Below, in pieces: positions 61,501 to 64,000 of a stretch of 64,000 nucleotides of DNA. The position numbers and the translations under genes were made by a program. The stretch spans positions 22,382,001-22,446,000 of the forward strand of contig OZ281496.1 of assembly GCA_965637545.1 (NCBI GenBank). Direction: 5' to 3'. The first letter of the stretch is position 1. Each line of letters begins with the position of its first letter. The notes under the pieces are model-generated. The model made no database searches. It was given only the letters and a program-made list of their open reading frames with translations, and was not told the DNA's origin. Source of the stretch: Phallusia mammillata (lineage: Eukaryota).

Positions 61501-64000
61501 AAATGTTACGATATCGTCGTGGTGCTGTATTATGATCATAGGAAAAGCCTAATCCTTTTGTATGTGACTAACTGAGGTATAAAACGCGTTTGTATGTGTT
61601 TAGTTGGAATACACCAAACAACGTAAAGAGGTGATCGACAATTACCGAGGATTTCAGACCATGGACAGCAAAGACCACCCTGTTGTTCAACGCGGAATCA
61701 AAGCAGCTGATCTCATTTCAGAGGTAAGTTTTTTTGAAACGAATTCCACAGAAATTAAACAACTCATCCGACCTTTCGACCCCTCATTCTGTTAAGTTAT
61801 TTCAATTGCTTGTTGAGCAAGTGGAAATTTGATTCAATATACCTAACAACACTAGTATACTTGGGCTCAAATATAGTTGTTCTGATCGCAATCATAGATA
61901 ATAATCCAATACGGTTGGTATATAAAATATGTCTAGCAACAACTCTATATTTATTTAAATAGTATACTAAGGCTTAAATATTTTTTTCTTATGGTAACCA
62001 TACACATCAAACTAACACAATTGTTACAGCGAAAATACAAAGAAGATTACATGGAAGATCGAAACCTAATCTACTATCCAGTGCATTTGACTCCGGGTTA
62101 TGAAGCCGCGGTAAAAGCGAGTCAGTATATTAATGGGGTAAGTCAAATAGCATTGAAATTATGCAAGTGCCGTAAATTTTTATTAAACATTTAAATTTTT
62201 TATTTCATTTTTTAAAATTTATTTATTTATTTTTTGTTCTATGACAGCCGAGTTACCAAAAAGCATACAAGCGCGACAGGAACGACTTCCGGTATGACGT
62301 AACAAAAACGGAAGGATACAAAACACAACAGGATGTTGCGAAATTGGTTGACGTAAGTTTTGACGTCATTTTAGCCTTTTTTGTTTTCTTTGATATGATT
62401 ACTTTTTTGTTCCTTTGGCTCTTACTCTTGTAACTTTGTTTAATTATCTTTTTTTCTGTTAAAACTGACAATCTTTCTATAATTTGCATTAAAACCTTGA
62501 CAAATATCCTAGTCCAGTGCTCTTCAACCTTTTTTGGTTTGGTGAACCAAAGTTGTTGTGACGAACTCATGCACCCTGTTTATTTAAAATGTACACTGAG
62601 GTAAAAAGTGATATGAAAAATCATTATACATATCATCATGTCAATTAACTCCAAGCATATGTTCGAGAATTTTCTATGAAACATCGCCGAAAAACACTCA
62701 ATATCCTAACATAATCCGAATGTAACACAGACACTATCAAACTTGACACGGGGATAAAACATTGAAAAAGTTACCCAGTTAAAACCGACCTCTTTTTCTA
62801 ATATCCTGAAAGTCAAATATTAATGGTTCATTAAAGGTTTGTGATGCACCCTAGTATACCTTTTGGCACTGGTGCACCCCATGCATATTTTGGTGCACCC
62901 TAGGGTGCACCGTGCACACCGGTTGAAGAGCACTGTCCTAGTCTAACCAATAAGACCTTCTTTGTGTTTGATCAATGTTATACTAGAAAAAACGGAAGCT
63001 TAAGTCGTCTAATTGTTTTGAGCGTTTGAATATAAAGTAGTTGTAGAGACTCAAGCCGCATGCAGGCTTCCTTTACTTCCGTGAGCGTATCACAAGATTG
63101 TGGAGTTTGGCAAAGAGAAGCGATTTTTTATTTTCCAAGCGCCAACTGAAACTATCCATATCTTGCAACGCCTAAAAAATATTCTTTTTGTCCCAATGAA
63201 AACTTCAACTGGAATACAGATAAAATCTTATGTTGTTTTATCAACAAATTTTTAGCTCTTCCAGCAGTCTTTATTATAAAAAGCCGACGTTTCGATGTCC
63301 CATACGAGACACCATTCCCTGGGTAATGACACAAACTGAAAACACAAAGTTGCTAAAAGGCAAAAAGGGCAGTGAAACACACATAAAAACGGAGGTAAAA
63401 AAACGCAGTGCGTTCCTTATAATGAAGACTGCTGGAAGAGCTAAAATTAGTTGATACATTATACCTGGCAGCAACAGTTTATTCGTTATATTGATTTAGT
63501 TCAGGGTTGGGCAACCTTATTTACTGTGTGGCCAATTACAATTGTCAAAATTAGATCGCGGGCCGCACCTGTGTATAGCACAAAGTGATTTTGCTTTGTT
63601 TCTTGCCAAATATGCTTAAATACAAGCAAAATTTGCATTTGATTCTAGCCACATATTGCTAAGTGGCAGAAAATAGCACCGGGTGCATTATTCTGCTCAA
63701 AAATATATAATGGTTGAACTAGTTTGCCAGTACTATTGAAATCCAAGCGTCTCTGCGGGCCGCACAACCTTTAAAGAAGGGCCGCATTTGGCAGGCGGGC
63801 CGCAGGTTGCCCACCTCTGTTTTAGTTGAACAAAGGAATGATTTTTATACTTGGTCTTCAATTGCATTATTGTAAAACATTTTTTGCAGCATGAATATAA
63901 GACCGATCCGTCAGAACACAAGTTTACACAAGTATCTGACGGTCAAGATATGGAACGAGCACGAAAGGTGAAGCCACTAGTCAGTTACTGGTTTTACAAA
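28429..64000 (+). CDS. NEB: Nebulin (giant thin-filament protein), multi-exon gene continuing past the window end; about 82 core exons in the window
   Basis: Dozens of 102-222 nt exons encode ~35-40 aa modules with the nebulin S(D/K)xxYK and PE motifs. Most introns fall at phase 0 inside SD|xxY. Modules recur with a 7-module period. Confidence 0.93.
28721..29104 (+). CDS. Candidate nebulin cassette exon (Lys-rich, then acidic/Tyr-rich segment)
   Basis: ORF 28739..29176 is open from the acceptor tattatccag| (28720) to CAG|GTTACG (29105). It is 384 nt and phase 0-0, compatible with the flanking exons. The donor is weak. Confidence 0.45.
29089..29239. promoter_or_regulatory. CRE (TGACG) cluster near the 5' end of nebulin (candidate muscle enhancer)
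   Basis: TGACGTCA at 29089, ACGTCA at 29111 and 29136, CGTCA at 29210, TGACG at 29235. Confidence 0.4.
31190..31195 (+). CDS. Candidate 6-nt microexon (ATT CAG, Ile-Gln) in nebulin
   Basis: ttttaacctgcatccag|ATTCAG|gtaaga preserves the frame between two phase-0 exons and follows a long pyrimidine-rich tract. Confidence 0.45.
31876..34386 (+). CDS. NEB: Nebulin super-repeat 1: exons 31876..31983, 32409..32516, 32977..33081, 33149..33232, 33305..33439, 33820..33921, 34267..34386
   Basis: Begins SRYKEDWEYDKGIVCFPATLTPGY. Seven phase-0 exons were hand-translated without stops. Confidence 0.88.
32642..32898. mobile_element. hAT-type MITE (family shared with 63502..63819)
   Basis: 14-bp perfect TIR CAGGGGTGTGCAAC. 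TSD GTCTATAA/GTCTTTAA matches at 7 of 8 positions. Confidence 0.88.
34421..34646. mobile_element. Degenerate hAT-type MITE
   Basis: CAGTGGTT ... GAGAACCACTG ends. Flanks CTTTAGAC/ATTTAGGC match at 6 of 8 positions. Confidence 0.6.
34771..37172 (+). CDS. NEB: Nebulin super-repeat 2: 34771..34878, 35014..35121, 35286..35445, 35685..35848, 36616..36720, 37053..37172
   Basis: Begins KNYTEDWDYDKQMIYFPAHITPGY. Six exons, with a phase-1 intron inside module D. Confidence 0.9.
36028..36378. mobile_element. hAT-superfamily MITE, apparently young
   Basis: Perfect 16-bp TIR CAGGGGTCCGCAAATA / TATTTGCGGACCCCTG, perfect 8-bp TSD CTCTATAG, and subterminal CGCGACCC repeats. Confidence 0.93.
36827..36872 (+). 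pseudogene. Spliced-leader (SL) sequence / putative SL RNA pseudogene in a nebulin intron
   Basis: 36827-36842 is ATTCTATTTGAATAAG, identical to the 16-nt Ciona SL as I recall it. It is followed by GAAGT (GTAAGT lacking the T) and a T6 tract at 36862-36867. Confidence 0.6.
37240..39744 (+). CDS. NEB: Nebulin super-repeat 3: 37240..37347, 37899..38006, 38374..38533, 38936..39099, 39361..39465, 39625..39744
   Basis: Same six-exon pattern and GT-AG phases as super-repeat 2. Confidence 0.9.
37705..37830 (+). mobile_element. tRNA-derived SINE copy
   Basis: A-box-like TTTAGTTGATAGAGCG and B-box GGTTCGAAT. Shares TGTCGTGGGTTCGAAT-CCACC and a similar 3' body with the 44333 copy. No complete cloverleaf. 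Confidence 0.6.
40079..40315. mobile_element. hAT-type MITE
   Basis: Starts CAGTGGTCGGCAACC and has a degenerate right end (GGTTGCCTATACCCCTT). Perfect 8-bp TSD GTCTAAAC. Internal GGTCCGCG repeats. Confidence 0.82.
40445..42680 (+). CDS. NEB: Nebulin super-repeat 4: 40445..40552, 40624..40731, 41152..41311, 41616..41779, 42336..42440, 42561..42680
   Basis: Same six-exon pattern. Confidence 0.9.
42876..44657 (+). CDS. NEB: Nebulin super-repeat 5: 42876..42983, 43059..43166, 43271..43433, 43821..43984, 44070..44174, 44538..44657
   Basis: Same six-exon pattern. Confidence 0.9.
44333..44462 (+). mobile_element. tRNA-derived SINE copy (next to a C18 tract at 44309-44326)
   Basis: A box TGGCTCCGTTGGTAGAGC, B box GGTTCGAATCCC, followed by a non-tRNA tail. 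Confidence 0.65.
44897..46784 (+). CDS. NEB: Nebulin super-repeat 6: 44897..45004, 45071..45178, 45754..45916, 46035..46198, 46323..46427, 46665..46784
   Basis: Same six-exon pattern. Confidence 0.9.
46885..48862 (+). CDS. NEB: Nebulin super-repeat 7: 46885..46992, 47065..47172, 47285..47450, 47891..48054, 48474..48578, 48743..48862
   Basis: Same six-exon pattern. Confidence 0.9.
49059..51226 (+). CDS. NEB: Nebulin super-repeat 8: 49059..49166, 49234..49341, 49823..49985, 50193..50356, 50731..50835, 51107..51226
   Basis: Module A is a variant (WEYEKNLIFYPVHVTPGY). The phase-1 intron in module D is retained. Confidence 0.9.
51532..53643 (+). CDS. NEB: Nebulin super-repeat 9: 51532..51639, 51697..51804, 52142..52304, 52613..52776, 52922..53026, 53524..53643
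   Basis: Same six-exon pattern with the phase-1 intron in module D. Confidence 0.9.
53105..53490. repeat. Degenerate tandem repeat, about 2.7 copies of a 130-142 bp unit, in a nebulin intron
   Basis: CAGCCAAWCCA at 53130, 53259 and 53400. TTTGAAGTAAATGATTACAAT at 53186 and 53328. Confidence 0.8.
54364..56511 (+). CDS. NEB: Nebulin super-repeat 10: 54364..54471, 54660..54764, 55030..55215, 55589..55714, 55955..56059, 56392..56511
   Basis: Module A reads RKYKEDYMEDRDVIYYPVHLTPGY. All introns are phase 0. Confidence 0.88.
56135..56281. mobile_element. Degenerate hAT-type MITE remnant
   Basis: CAGTGGTTC ... AAGAACCACT ends with similar CTAG-containing flanks. Confidence 0.45.
56822..59104 (+). 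CDS. NEB: Nebulin super-repeat 11: 56822..56929, 57261..57368, 57725..57892, 58344..58499, 58784..58888, 58985..59104
   Basis: All introns are phase 0. Exons were hand-translated without stops. Confidence 0.88.
59662..61723 (+). CDS. NEB: Nebulin super-repeat 12: 59662..59769, 59842..59949, 60104..60208, 60860..61081, 61389..61493, 61604..61723
   Basis: All introns are phase 0. Modules D and E share one 222-nt exon. Confidence 0.88.
62030..64000 (+). CDS. NEB: Nebulin super-repeat 13 (partial): 62030..62137, 62248..62352, 63890..>64000
   Basis: RKYKEDYMEDRNLIYYPVHLTPGY; PSYQKAYKRDRNDFRYDVTKTEGY; HEYKTDPSEHKFTQVSDGQDMERARKVKPLVS, which runs off the window. Confidence 0.85.
62515..62935. mobile_element. 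hAT-superfamily MITE, apparently young
   Basis: Perfect 15-bp TIR CAGTGCTCTTCAACC / GGTTGAAGAGCACTG, perfect 8-bp TSD TCCTAGTC, and subterminal TGCACC repeats. Confidence 0.93.
63250..63446. repeat. 30-bp inverted repeat (29/30 identical) around a 137-bp spacer containing a hammerhead-like motif
   Basis: 63250-63279 TTTTAGCTCTTCCAGCAGTCTTTATTATAA versus 63417-63446 TTATAATGAAGACTGCTGGAAGAGCTAAAA. Confidence 0.85.
63502..63819. mobile_element. hAT-type MITE, second and longer copy of the 32642 family
   Basis: Alignable along its length with 32642..32898 (caaaattagatcgcgggccg, aaaatagcaccggg, gtttgccagtac, gcgggccgcaggttgc) but 61 bp longer. TSD ATTTAGTT/TTTTAGTT. Confidence 0.85.

Overview
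This is AT-rich, intron-dense eukaryotic DNA, most likely from an ascidian (tunicate). The evidence is a Hox4 gene with an intron inside the homeobox, non-Hox neighbours where Hox5 would normally sit, many short introns, and an exact copy of the Ciona 16-nt spliced leader. Three genes can be reconstructed by hand from splice sites and reading phase. (1) Hox4 is on the minus strand with 3 coding exons (8861 to 1141). (2) A Golgi carbohydrate 6-O-sulfotransferase of the CHST1/3-like family is on the minus strand with 6 exons and about 453 aa (21878 to 17197). (3) A giant nebulin is on the plus strand from 28429 to beyond the window end, with about 82 exons: N-terminal modules, 12 complete seven-module super-repeats and the start of a 13th. 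Introns hold several hAT-type MITEs (three with perfect 8-bp TSDs), two tRNA-derived SINEs, tandem repeats and Penelope-like relics. The most notable observations are: a perfect spliced-leader 16-mer in a nebulin intron, laid out like an SL RNA with a crippled donor; vertebrate-like 7-module super-repeats with a shifting intron and apparent exon-level gene conversion; a candidate 6-nt microexon and a Lys-rich cassette exon in nebulin; a Meis + Pbx/Hox4 + double-CRE element upstream of Hox4; an antisense splice-site chain 3' of Hox4; and a hammerhead-like motif inside a 30-bp inverted repeat. All calls were made by eye and no database searches were run.
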